DNA of 64,000 nucleotides from contig VJWM01000044.1 of the NCBI GenBank assembly GCA_010909165.1, positions 1,178,001 through 1,242,000 on the forward strand, written 5' to 3'. The DNA comes from Anthoceros angustus (Eukaryota > Plantae > Anthocerotophyta). A model generated the notes under the pieces. That model made no database searches and was not told where the DNA came from. It saw only the letters and a list, made by a program, of their open reading frames with translations. Made by a program: the position numbers and the translations under genes. This document shows positions 34,196 through 51,395 of the stretch, one piece after another (position 1 is the first letter of the stretch; each line of letters opens with the position of its first letter).

Positions 34196-37100
34196 TCAAA
34201 TTGGCACAAAGCTCATTTGCGAATCCGAATTGTTAATTGCACGGAGCAAACTATCCAGCGATGCGTATATGTCCTTCCTGTCAGAGTGGTGCATGTCCTC
34301 GGCAGCAAAATTGTGCACTTGATTGTTGATCTCCATCCAAGTACGGCCAGGTTCCTTCTGCAGACCCATCTTTTGCATCATTTCTCTGGTTTCTGCCATG
34401 TCTTCCCACCTACCAGCTGCAGCGTATATGTTTGACATCAGAACATATGCTGCTGGGCGTCTTGGGTCGAGCTCCAACAGGGATTCAAAGGCACGCCTTC
34501 CTAGCTCCACATTACAGTGTGTACGGCAAGCTCCAAGCAAGGAAAGCCAGACAACTGCATCCGGTTCGGAGGGCATGGTGCTGATCAGGTCCACTGCTTC
34601 TTCGAGAGACCCAGCTCGGCTGAGAAGGTCGACCATGCAGGCATAGTGATCCATGCCTGGCCTTATGCCATGTTCTTCGAACATGGATCTGAATAGTCGG
34701 TCTCCCTCGTGCAATAACCCAGCACGGCTACAAGCAGAAAGCACAGACACAAAAGTTGCATCATCCGGCTCCACACCAGCCCGAAGCATCTGGTCAAAAG
34801 TGTGCAGAGCTTCTGGTCCTTTGCCATGCTGAGCGTATCCATTGATCATAGCATTCCATGTTGCTCGGTTTTTGGTCTCCAATCTGTCGAAGACATCCCG
34901 AGCCTCGCGGACGCTCCCACTTTTAGCATACATGTCTATTAGGGTGTTCCCCACAAACTCATCTGCGTCCAAGCCATGTTCCATGGCGTGGCTATGTAAC
35001 ATTCTGCCTTGATCTAAGGATACTATACTCGAACAGGCTTTCAGAATGCTAACAAAGGTCACACGGTCTGGCTGCATGCCCTCTTGTTGCATCCTTTGAA
35101 ACAATTTGACTGCCTGCTGACCGTCACCATGACGGACATACCCTGTGAGGAGTGAAGTCCACGACACCAGATCTCTGGTTGCTAGTTTGTCAAATACTTG
35201 ACGAGCGTCCCGAAGGTAGCCACATCTCGCATAGAAGTCAACCAAGCTGTTGCCAACTACTAAGTTTCTCTCCAGGCCACTGTCAATTATGAGTGCATGA
35301 ATAACCTTGACCTGATCCAGAGCTGCACTGAACGAGAGGGCTTTCAGGATGACAACGAAAGATGCCTCGTCCGGTTGCATCCCGTGCTGTTGCAGACTTT
35401 GGAAAATCTCTAATGCATGGTATGTATCTCCATGCTGGGCATACCCTGCAATCATAGCATTCCATGACACCATGTTTTTAGTGGGAAGTCCATCAAATAC
35501 TGTTCTTGCATCTGCAACTCTGCCACACTTGGAATACATATCGATGAGGGTGCTGCCAACAAATACATCTGACTGAAAGCCTCGTTCAATGACAATGCTG
35601 TGGATAACCTTGCCTTGATCGAGTGCGCCTGTGCCTGAGCATGCCTTCAAGATGCTGACAAAGGTGACTATGTCTGGGTCCACACCCATCTGTTGCATGC
35701 TGCTGAATAATTGCAGGGCTTCGTCACCATGTTCATGCTGGGCATATGAACTTATCATTGTATTCCACAATACAAGGTCTCGGGCAGGACAGTTGTCAAA
35801 AACTTTACGAGCCTCACCCAGACTCCCACATCTGGCATACATGCTGATGACAGAGCTAGCAACCTTCACATCTGTTTCAAACCCACCTTCCTTAATCTTG
35901 GCATGCAAAAGCTTGCCTTCCGTCAAACCTGCAGGGCTTGAAAACGCTTGCAGAACACTGAGATATGTCACTTTATTTGGAGTAATGCCATCCTGCTCCA
36001 TTCTATAAAACAGCTGTATAGCCTCTGCAGCATTGCCATGCTGTGAATATCCTGCAATTATCGCAGTCCATGACACCAAGTCCTTTTCTGTTAATTTGTT
36101 GAACACCTTGCGCGCCTCCTCTAGATCCCCTGCTTTAGCATACATGTCAATGAGGGCACTGCCAACAAACATATTGGCCTCAAGCCCAATCTCCTTGGCA
36201 TGGCCATGAATGAGTATCCCCTCTTTAAGTGCTGCTACTGAGGCACAGGCTTTAAGGACTGCAGCAAAGACATAGTCGTTTGGTTTCTTTCCTGACTCTT
36301 GCATCTTGAAATACAGTTCGATAGCCCTCCAACTTTGTCCGTGCTTAGCATTTGCTGAGATGATTGCGGCCCATACAAATGCATCTGGTGCAAGAAGTTT
36401 GCTGAATACTTTGTTTGCTTCCACCAGACATCCGAATGAAGCAAACATTCGAATAAGATGGTTGCCCAAAAAGACATTTGTCTCCAAATGACACTGGGAT
36501 ATCAGAGCATAAACTTCCCTGCCACCTGCCAGGTCTTTTCTGTCAGTGCATTGCTGCAGAAGAAGGTGTAACAGATTGGTAGGGATCTTCATCCCAGACT
36601 GGTATAGAGCATTGAATTCATGGAGAGCATGTTTGACAGGTCCCTCCTGACAGAGCTTAGTGAGTCTTCCAAAGGACACCAGAGAGGCTATATCCCCGGC
36701 CTTCCCTTCCCGTCTCTCACTGCATGCGCAATACTGAGATCAATCCCAAGGAAGACAACAGTACATGCTAAAAGATCACCAAAAACCACCACTATAACAG
36801 CTGACTCCAGAATACTACCTGCTGATTCTCACTTCTTGACGTGTAGTGTGTACCCCGGACTGCACTGCCTGCACGGGCTTCGATGCAGTAGGGTCTGGAT
36901 GATGTGCAGTCAATGCTTCAATCCTCGCATCTACCCAAGGAGGGTTGAGCTCACTGTCAATCCACAAGGCCTCCTCCGTTATCTTGTGCACAAAATCTGG
37001 GGACTTCTTTCTTCTCTGTAACACCCAGACATCTGTAACACCCAACCATCTGTAATGCACAGCGATGCTACAGCTACTTCAAACCAAATTCACACCAGTC

Positions 37101-37320
37101 GATAAACATTCACGACAGCAGTCTCTGGACTCACATACCTTGCTGAGCCTATTGTCGGACCACTGTTTAGGATCTTCAAAGAACTTCCGCCATAACTTGG
37201 CCAACTTGGATGCACTCGTCTCATCTGCCAAACCGAGGCGTTAGAGCCCTCTGGAAAGCGCTGCAGTCCGATAAAATGACGACACAAGTTTACCTTCTCT
37301 TCTCCCGCTCCTGGTGCCAT
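34196..37320 (-). CDS. PLS-class PPR protein, E+ type (~20 motifs, PG box, no DYW core), with probable spliced 5' exons
   Basis: Main exon about 36730-34196, six S motifs, ends KEPGRTWMEINNQVHNF...DIYASL. The ORF track start 36679 is GTG; phase-compatible upstream exons at about 37320(or 37224)-37139 and about 37043-36833. The 5' model is tentative. Confidence 0.9.
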
Positions 37321-37643
37321 TCTCGCGAGTCCGTAGACCACGAGACGCGATTTTCCCACTTGCTAATCTCCTGCAGCTGTCCAGCAAAAACGCCCAAGAG
37401 AGGCAGAATTTCCGCACACCCCATGCTCCTTCGGAAATTGTTGACGCTCTCCTGCACTCCACGGCTGACGCCTGCTCCGACCCAACAAGTCTCCTCACCG
37501 AAGCTGCAGCTCGTTCCATTGTTGCTGCCCATCCCCTTGCCAAACCAACCGCATGGTTCGCCTTCCTCTCAGTCCGACTCTGGTCCAAACAAACTAACCA
37601 CTTTTTTTGGCAAGTCGTTTCACACGGGAGAGGCGTTCCCCGC

Positions 37644-37652
37644 TTTCCCGCC
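37644..37652 (+). promoter_or_regulatory. Canonical E2F site upstream of MCM2
   Basis: TTTCCCGCC, directly preceded by TTCCCCGC (37636-37643). Confidence 0.75.
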
Positions 37653-37806
37653 ATATTTCTTTGCTACCCACACCTCGGTGTGCTGCGCTTCCTCTCTGTG
37701 GGGAGGTTGATCCCGTGTTGCTGATGGAGTCATGAAGGCAATTACTGGTCTCTGAGGAGCTTCATTAGTCGAGCGGCAGCAGACCGACTTGCATTCTGGA
37801 ACAGTC

Positions 37807-42449
<4,643 letters not shown>

Positions 42450-42846
42450 GAGAAATATGTACTGGAACAACTCACCATTTGCGTCGTCAACAAGCCACTA
42501 CCTAGGTGTCAGATATAAATCTTACAGACTTACTTACAAACATCTTAACTGGTCACTCAATATAGGTTTTTGGTGTCTCTGGAAAAACACTTCATTGACA
42601 GAAGAGAAATGGCTGAGCCCGTCTACCAAAAGTGGACTCAAGGTTGGCAACAACCAGGAGCAGTAAATCTGTGAGTAGTACACAACTTACAAAAATTCTA
42701 TGAATAGTACACAACTTTCAATAAATCTGTAAGCAGTACATAACTTTCAATAAATCTTTAGGTAGTACTTAACTTTCGTGGTCACGCGACTCCCATTCAT
42801 TTATACTCTTCAACACGAGGTTGGCTACATGCCTCCGCACAAGTTT

Positions 42847-42898
42847 CCTCACATGCCTCCCACTCGTGTATCCCTCACATGCCTCCCACTCGTGTATC
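42847..42898. repeat. 26-bp tandem duplication
   Basis: CCTCACATGCCTCCCACTCGTGTATC x2. Confidence 0.9.
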
Positions 42899-43267
42899 CT
42901 TAGGATGGTGCAGCTTTGCATTCAATATGTACCTCGATGTTATTAATACATAATGTGGACACTTTATCACGCTTTTCAATAGCATATAATTCAATGAGCT
43001 GAATCTTGTTGTATGTACCACATGACATCCTTCTACACCACATGGCATCCCTCCTCTATTGAAGTTTAAGTTGACAGTCATTAACTTTAAGAAATTCTAG
43101 TTGTAATTGTGTATTTCATTTCGTAAAACATAATTTAGATATTTCTCATGTAAAGATGACACCTTGCTTTTCATTGGACTTTTTTAGTGGAAATCAAGGT
43201 ACATTAAAATCAAAAAAATCAAATAGTTCCGAAAGGATGGGACCTATTAACCCTAGGATGACAACTC

Positions 43268-43378
43268 CTATTTTCCAAGACATATTAGCATTACGGTTTT
43301 AGACCTATTTTCCAAGACATATTAACATTACGGTTTTAGGCCTATTTTCCAAGAAATATTAGCATTGCGATTTTAGAT
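43268..43378. repeat. 37-bp tandem repeat x3
   Basis: CTATTTTCCAAGACATATTAGCATTACGGTTTTAGAC with few substitutions. Confidence 0.9.
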
Positions 43379-44131
43379 TTTTTGTGCATCCTGTTATCAT
43401 CGATTAAATTGAGTAAAATGGATGAGTGGGAAGGTCATCAGGGGCTTTCCAACCACTCCATGTTGGGCCTGCCTGATCTGAGCTTTACATCTCTGGACAG
43501 GTTGAAAACAACCTCTTCCAAGATTTTCTCGAGATGTAATAAATTGCTTCAGTTTGCTATGTGCACAACACCTTTTCAGGGTAAACTGGACATCAGGTTG
43601 ATCGGCACTGAGGGCAGCTACTAATCATGTGAAAACCAAGGCATTCTACTAAATCATTCCTTCACAAAGCCAAAAGGAACGTGCACCAAGACATTCTGGC
43701 AAATTGATGACTCATTAGTGATAGTTGATACCCAAGGACAAACTTATGGCAACCAGCAATCATTTATGGTAAAGTCGGCACTTTCATGACAAACTTCTTG
43801 ACATAGTTTCTACAATCTTTCATGGCAAACTTTAACATTCTTCTGCTATCAATTGGGGCAACCTCTTTGATGGTCTTGTACATACATACATCTATAAGTA
43901 TTTATGTACTATTGACTATCATCTGCTATCTTTTGTAGCAACCCTCGTGACAGTTTGTACATAGTATGTACATATGTGGTATTGAAGGATGAATTTACGA
44001 CATCCTCGTGAACATTCGAAGATGAACTTATGGCAATGTCTGCCAAAACTTATTGCCAAGAAAGACAATATCTCCCAAAACTTATTGCAATTTCTTGGCA
44101 AACTTATGATAGTATTGAAAGCGGTAGCCGT

Positions 44132-44422
44132 ATTTATGACCATGTCGTGAACACCCAGAAGCAAACTTATGGCATTTATGACCACGTCGTGAATACCCAT
44201 GAGCAGACTTGTGGCATTTATGACCACGTCGCGAACACCCAAGAGCAACTTATGGCATTTATGACCACGTCGTGAACACCTATGAGTAGACTTGTGGCAT
44301 TTATGACCACGTAGCGAACACCCAAGATCAAACTTATGTCATCTATGACCACTTTGTGAACACCTATGAGCGGACTTATGGCATTTATGACCACGTCGTG
44401 AACACAAGAGCAAACTTATGGC
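44132..44422. repeat. 41-42-bp minisatellite x7, with more degenerate copies upstream
   Basis: ATTTATGACCACGTCG(T/C)GAACACC...ACTT(A/G)TGGC starting at 44132, 44174, 44216, 44257, 44299, 44341, 44383. Confidence 0.92.
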
Positions 44423-45712
44423 TATAGTCTGATTTGACGATCACCTTGAATACCTCAGAGGCCAAAATTTCTCTTCTCGTGAACGCCAGAAGTACATACT
44501 TCATGTACATCTTCACTTGTCTATTGACATTAGAACATTATTATTTAATCCCATATTTTATATCAATATTTATCTAAAATAAACTTATATACCTATAATC
44601 TAGTAAACTAGTGATAATTGTGATAAACCATAAGTTCTTGCAATGATTATGAAAGCTATTAAGGCAAAACAAACTACTACTACAATTTCATCTTTCAAAA
44701 TTTTAAAGTAACTTAAGGGAACCTCGCAGATTATTCATGATTTGCTAATGATTGACCAATTGCTTAATCTGTTATTTCGAAGTCACTTTGCAGGTAACTA
44801 ACTCAACCTTGGCCAGAGCTTGATTGGCTCGTCTCTTAGGAGAGGAAATGGGCTTGATTCCCTCTCTCGAAGGCCTTAGGAGCCTGGTTACCTAGTCCTA
44901 GATTGGCACCCCACTTTCCTGGAATAGGAAGCCTCGTATGGCTCTAACCGAAGTGGAAGAGCCACTTACAGAAGTCTAATTATAAAATATATTACTTTAT
45001 AATTAATAAAATATAATTACTTTAAAAAGAACTACGAAGAAAAATGAAGGCGTGGTTTAAGACCCCTTTACATGTAAGACCTATCCTATCCGCTGCTCAT
45101 GGTATTTGGGATCCCATTTGTAAAAGCCTTTACATGAGAAAGAGCATTCATATTCGTTCATAATATGAATGGTGGTGTATTGATGGTGGTTTATAATTGG
45201 GTCATTGTATTACTGCGAAAATTTCCACGATGCTATGGGTACATACATACGTATATATGTCTGGTCGCACGTTGGCGATTCGGAAACAGTGCGGGAAGTC
45301 ACGGGAGGGAAATTTGGCGCTAAAGCCTACCCTAGATATCTCGTGACTGAACTCTGACCTGAAGTGACAGGCCGTGACGTGACCGGTCGTGACCTGCGCT
45401 GCTGTGGGTGGTACATGATACATTACCTACAAGTGAGGGAGGAGACAGGAAGGCAGGCCACACTCGGTGGCGTCGCCCTCGCCGTCTGCCGCCTCCAGCT
45501 CGCCTTGTGCCGGATCCGCCGGCCCCCTGTGCCGAGGCTGAGGCTGAGGCTGAGGCCGAGAGAGAGCGCGCGGGAACGCGCTTCCAGCGAGCGAGGCAGG
45601 CAGGCCTCCTCTCAATCAGGCGAGAAGAGGGAAGCTTGGAGGAGAGCCGCTCACAGCGGCAGCAGGAGGAGGAGGGGGAAGAGGAAGAGGAGGAGGAAGC
45701 GGAGGAAGAGGA

Positions 45713-46837
45713 ATGGGGAGCTGCCACAGCAGCCGCGACGGCAGCCGCAGGCGCTGCCGGCGCGGATGGCAACCTGGGGCGCCGTGGGCATGGCGGGGCC
45801 GTGGCCTGGGGCTCTACTACGTGGTGTGCATGGTGGGGCGGCGGAGCGCAGGGAAGAGCGCGGTGGAGCTCGGGGGCGGCTCTCTGGCCCGGGACGCCGT
45901 GGATGCCAATTACCACAACTACGCCAGCTTCTTCAGCAAGCCCAAGGAGATCGAGAAGCCGGACAATGTGCCGGAGCTGGTGGACACGTTCTACAACCTG
46001 GTGACGGACATCTACGAGTGGGGGTGGGGGCAGAGCTTCCACTTCTCGCCCGCCGTGCCGGGCAAGAGCTACAAGGAGGAGACGCGGCTGCATGAGGAGC
46101 GGGTGGCGGATCTGCTGGGGCTCAAGGCGGGCCACCGCGTGCTGGACGCGGGCTGCGGCGTGGGCGGGCCCATGCGCGCCATCGCCGCGCACTCGGGGGC
46201 CAACGTGGTCGGCATCACCATCAACGACTACCAGGTCTCCCGCGCGCGGGCGCACAACAAGAAGGCGGGCCTGGACTCGCTGTGCGAGGTGGTGTGCGGC
46301 AACTTCCTGGCCCTGCCCTTCGCGGACGACTCCTTCGACGCCGCCTACTCCATCGAGGCCACCTGCCACGCGCCCGAGCTCAAGGCTGTGTACGCCGAGA
46401 TCTTCCGCGTGCTCAAGCCCGGCCAGCTCTACGTCACGTACGAGTGGGTCACCACCCCGCTCTTCGACGCCGCCAACGCCGAGCACCGCCAGATCATCCA
46501 CGGCATCGAGCACGGGGACGCGCTCCCCGGCCTGCGCACCTTCCAGCAGGTGGGAGAGTTGGCGCGCGAGGCGGGATTCCAGGTGCTGGAGGACAGGGAT
46601 CTGGCGCTGCCCCCCGCGCTGCCCTGGTGGACCAGGCTCAAGATGGGCCGCTTCGCCTACTACCGCAACCACCTCCTCGTCTCCTTCCTCACCCTCATCG
46701 GCATCTCCCCGCAGGGCGTGGTCAAGGTGCACGAAATGCTGTGCAGGACGGCCGAGTTTTTGTCGCGCGGCGGGGACACGGGCATTTTCACGCCCATGCA
46801 CCTCCTCGTCCTCCGCAAGCCCCTGCCTTCCGAGTGA
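45713..46837 (+). CDS. SMT2: 24-methylenesterol C-methyltransferase (SMT2/3 type), intronless, GC-rich
   Basis: VDTFYNLVTDIYEWGWGQSFHFSP, VLDAGCGVGGPMRAIA, YSIEATCHAP, WWTRLKMGR, GGDTGIFTPMH. The true start may be ATG 45766 with assembly indels. Confidence 0.95.
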   Translation: MGSCHSSRDGSRRRCRRGWQPGAPWAWRGRGLGLYYVVCMVGRRSAGKSAVELGGGSLARDAVDANYHNYASFFSKPKEIEKPDNVPELVDTFYNLVTDIYEWGWGQSFHFSPAVPGKSYKEETRLHEERVADLLGLKAGHRVLDAGCGVGGPMRAIAAHSGANVVGITINDYQVSRARAHNKKAGLDSLCEVVCGNFLALPFADDSFDAAYSIEATCHAPELKAVYAEIFRVLKPGQLYVTYEWVTTPLFDAANAEHRQIIHGIEHGDALPGLRTFQQVGELAREAGFQVLEDRDLALPPALPWWTRLKMGRFAYYRNHLLVSFLTLIGISPQGVVKVHEMLCRTAEFLSRGGDTGIFTPMHLLVLRKPLPSE

Positions 46838-47903
46838 GTGATCACTGATTCCCCCCTCCTTCCAATTCTTCTCGTCCTTTTCCTTCCAACATCGATTTTT
46901 TTTGTTGTCTGGCTTGGCTTGGCTGGCTGGACGACAAGGCGTCAGCCTGTCAGGTGAGGAAGCCTCCTGCTACGCTGACGTTCCATCTGGTCTTCTTCAC
47001 ACACTTCTCTGCAGCACCACCGCTCTAGGGCTCCCCCTCATAGTCTCTAGCGAGCGAGCGAGCTAGCTAGGTCTTTTTCCTTCTTCTGTTGTTGCTTGAA
47101 TCTCCGGTGAACTGGCCAAAGCCACTGGCATGGGCAGTTACGGGTGTTGCGTTGGGCCTTTTTTGCCCAAGCCAATGTGTGACACTCGCCTTTCTTCGAG
47201 TTCATTGCTCCCTGGCACAAAGATGTGGTTTTCAGTTTCCTCCAGCGTCGTCTGTTTCCCTTCTCGTGTTTGGCTCTCAGACTCTGAGTGTTGTCTCTAC
47301 CCTTTCTCGGCTCGGCTCTCACTGTTGCTCGAGCTGTTCGTTCGTGTGATGCCAACTGGCCTTCTTCAGCCTCATGTGAGGCCTGATTCCTCTGTCACGG
47401 CGGGGCGCGGGGAAACCAGGGTGTGTCAGGGACCCACCTCGGCCACATGGGGCACGATACGTATGTGTGTATGCCTTGTTATGTACATGTGCAGCAAAAT
47501 AGCACTCGCTTGAAGGACACTTGTCCACGCACTGGTTGGTTGTCCCCGTCGAACGTCTAATTGGGCACGACGAAAAACACGCCGGCCTGCCGCACACTGT
47601 ACTATCACGAGAACTAAACAAGGAACAGGTTCCAGTGAGCGTGGCACCGCCTCGCTTGACGTGAATCAGACAAGCTGCTGCTGCTACCCAGGCTGCTCGG
47701 CTGTCTGCATCTCTCACACCCCATCCCACTCCTCCCCCACCATGGCCCTCGCTCGGCCGTCTGAGTAACTACAGGCTATGTACATTTACCACATCTCAGG
47801 GCAGTAAGCTTAACAAAAGATTCCCTCGCACAGCAGCAAGTATTCAATTGGTGCGGCAACAACTGGCAAGACAGCTCAGAGATGTGTCGATTCTCCAGCC
47901 TTG

Positions 47904-50900
47904 TTAGTCCTCCTCCGACTCCTTGTAGGGTGCGAACAAAATTGATGAATTGTGGCCTCCGAATCCAAAAGAATTAGATAACGCAACCTTGACATCCAGT
48001 CTCTGCTTCTCATTTCCCACCACAATTTTCATGTCCTGCATCTCACACACGTCCGTCATAACAGTGAGTTAAGGCACCACTAGCTTAAGTGACTTGTTAA
48101 ACGTCACGTTCAAACAGCGTTACTTACCACGCCATCTGGACTGTCGATGTTTAAGGTTGGGTGTATTTCACCTGTCCTGATGGCCTGCGTGCATGATCAC
48201 GCCAGATGTCAGTCCAGAAGCACCTAAGCTACGCTTAACAAAACAGTGGTGTAACAACAATGGAGTGCTGCTGACCAATGACGTTACCTGAACAGTCGCA
48301 ATCGCTTCAACTGCTCCCGATGCTCCTAACAAATGTCCAATCATTGACTTTGTCGAGTTTATTCTCAGCTGCAGCACAAGGCAACACGGCTTCAGCAGTG
48401 GAAATAGAGCGTGCGCAAACCGGTCAACATCCACTTTTCAGACTGCCGATTCACACTGAAGGGTGCAACAAAGACCTCAGGATTTTGCCCAAAAGCTCGC
48501 ATTATGGCCTTGTACTCTTGAAGGTCGCCAGCACGAGTGGAAGTGGCATGAGCGTTCACATAGTTCACATCCTCAGCCTGCACCCCAGCCATTGCTAGTG
48601 CTCTCTCTATACATAGTTGAACGCCAGCACCTGCTTCAAATAGAAAGACCCTCTTCACCTTAGTTATCTGTCCAGATGCACCGGAACTTCCCAAAGTTAC
48701 AACCTTCTAGACATTCAAAGCTTCCCCACAGCCTGCTTCCTACAACAAATGTAGCCAGGAGGCTTCCTAACCTTCAGGATGCGGATGGGTCATGTGATAA
48801 GCATCACATGTGAAGCTTCCCCCCAAGAATTCGGCATAAATTTCGGCTCCCCTTTTCTAGAAGTCAAAATATCATACTTTTTAGTTCCTGTAACAAAGGA
48901 GCAAGTATGTGGCCAGCAAAGAACTGCAAACCTCTCTTCACAAGCGGGTTACCTTCGCATGCTCTAGTTCTTCCAGCAGGAGTACTCCAGCACCCTCTCC
49001 CATGACAAAGCCATCACGCTCCTGCATCCTCCATGCAGAACAAGGTCAGGCCAAAATAAAGCAAGCCAGATATCTGTATGGCAATCATATGAACCAGGAC
49101 TTAAACATACCACATCCCAGGGCCGTGATGCTTTGGAAGGATCATCATTCCGTTGTGATAAAGCCTTGCATGCTATGAATCCTCCCAGACCTGCATCACT
49201 CAAATCAAAAACAGATGTGTGACCACTGGTGCTCTGCAAAACCCCAACACAAAGTGACAACAGCTCATATTCGGCACCATGGTTGCCATTCACATAAACC
49301 ACCAGAAGCACTATCAGCAGACTGCGCTTTCAGGTTCCCTTAGCCTTACCTATAGGGATTATAGCCGCATCAGATCCACCCGATAACATGACATCCTGTA
49401 ACAGTCACGGGCTCGAACCTGTTATCTCATGGTACTGAATTGATCATGCACTAGTAAACTGGGGTGCACACAAGTGACAAGCAGGCACTGCTCATACCGC
49501 TTCACCCCTAAGAATGTGATTGGCAGCACTGAGAATGCAAAAGTTGCTCGTAGCACAAGCTGTGGAAATGGAGTAGTTCGGTCCCATCCAACCCTGCAGA
49601 AAGTTCCAAACATTTTCTCAAACCAAGTACATGCATTCTACAGTGGTAGTTGGTGGTAGCTCATCATCCTTGCTTTGAAGCTACTTCCACTGCCGCAACC
49701 AAGAAAGAAACATTTCCCTAGCATACCTCCAGAAGTTGAGAAGTGTTCAAACACATACCAGGTCCATTGCAAGCATGGCAGATCCCATGTTGGTTGTGGC
49801 GAACGGCACACAGAAGGGATTCATCCTCCGGTAAGATATCCGCAAAGCCTCTACAGCATCATTGAAAACCTAGAATCCAAAGCTTCCAAAGTGAGTGAAG
49901 TTCCCTTTGTGGACGAAGCATGGATGACAGAAAATGAGGCAGGAAGTTACCTGCATTCCCCCCATTGCAGACCCTATAAGAATGCCACATTTGCCTTTAT
50001 CAAGCTCCTGTAGAACCTCCTCTGTCATTCCTCCATCTACTAGAGCCTTCTTGCCAGCAGTCAGGAGATAGAGCATAAACTTGTCCATGCGCTTAGCAAG
50101 CTTTTTGGCCACCCACCCATCAGTTGAAAAGGACTTAATCTCCCCAGCAATTCTCTGAAGGAAGAAGAGAGAAGCATGAGCTGGAGATGATAGAAGCAAA
50201 TACAGTCAGGCCCCCTGATGCTCAGCAGGACGACTAGGAGTGCTGCATCTGCTAGAAGCGGAGCTTGCGAGGCATCCATGTGAAGCAGATTACAGGCACG
50301 GCATGCACAGCCAACCAGGCAGCACAGTGCATGAACCCCGGCACAAGGATCTTATCTTACCGTTGGGAACTCTCTACAGTCAAAATTCTCGATCTCCGTG
50401 ATGCCGCTCTTGCCTTGCAAGAGGCTGTCGTAGAAGGTGTTGGGGTCGTGACCGAGGCACGAGACGACACCCATCCCAGTGATAACCACTCTTCTCGGCC
50501 TCGACTTCACCTTGGTGCGCTCTGTGAAATCTCTGACAGGACTCACTGCAACGGCCATTGCTCTTCCTACAGAGGAACGCATGTCTGGTCTGAGTTGGCA
50601 GCGAAAGCGTCGAGCACACAAAACTCCTGCGTCCCGTAGCAAGCACACACATGCAGCAACAAATCCCAATCCCAATCCCAATCCCAAGCGCAGGTCCTCA
50701 GAAATCAGGCCACTGTGTCCTAACCAGGCCCAATTCAGCCAAAAAGCCCAAGCCAGCCAGAAATCCTGCACACATTTACGGCAGCTCCAGCTGACCACGC
50801 CACTCCCAAGAAGCAGCCAGCAAGCACAAGCAGCCCGGCAGGGGGAAGCCGAATGCCATGCATTGCTCTTCCTCGGGGACAATGCATGCCACACTTGACA

Positions 50901-51395
50901 GAAGGCGCGTTCCAGTGCATGAAACACCTGCGCCCGGCCCGGCCCGGGCAACAAGCACAAACACACACACACACACTGAAACCAAATCCCAAAAGCAAGC
51001 GCTCAGAAATTAGCCCGGTTCCATGCCAATTCAGCCTAAAAGCCGTGGCAGCCCGAAATCCCGACACAGCTCGGGCAGCTGGAGCTGGCTGCACCAAAAG
51101 TCCCAAGAAGCAGCTGGCAACGACATGCAGCGCGGCCGGGGGCCGCAGAATGCCTAGCACAAGACATGCACGGCCGTGGGCCGGGCTAAGTGGTAGCAGC
51201 ACCTGCTCTGGTGCGCCTGCGAGCTGCTCGGCGCACGCTCCTGGATCCCAGCTCCGCTGGCGGCATGTGCAGGCCATCTCCTCCCAAAAATTGAGACTTC
51301 TGGAACTCGGGGCATCCGTCGCAATTCGAGGCTGGTAGCAAGCTGGAGAGGCCTGATCCACAAGCACGGAAAGACGCCAGGCTCCCGAGACTCAT
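47904..51395 (-). CDS. KAS2: Plastid 3-ketoacyl-ACP synthase II, multi-exon
   Basis: [84 protein letters not shown]. Exon 1 51395-51203, exon 2 from 50566. Confidence 0.96.

Noticed and set aside
44132-44422. CRISPR-like array
   Set aside because: Variable parts are about 10 bp and related to each other, no cas genes, eukaryotic context; a minisatellite.
45408-45760. Long acidic/Ala-rich N-terminal extension of SMT2
   Set aside because: The frame begins at GTG with no upstream ATG; GAG/GCN repeats are typical 5' UTR microsatellites.
45332-46801. 489-aa minus-strand ORF, and similarly 52382-53506 and 23474-24780
   Set aside because: Antisense to GC-rich real genes (SMT2, RAD54, protease); stop-poor because of codon bias.
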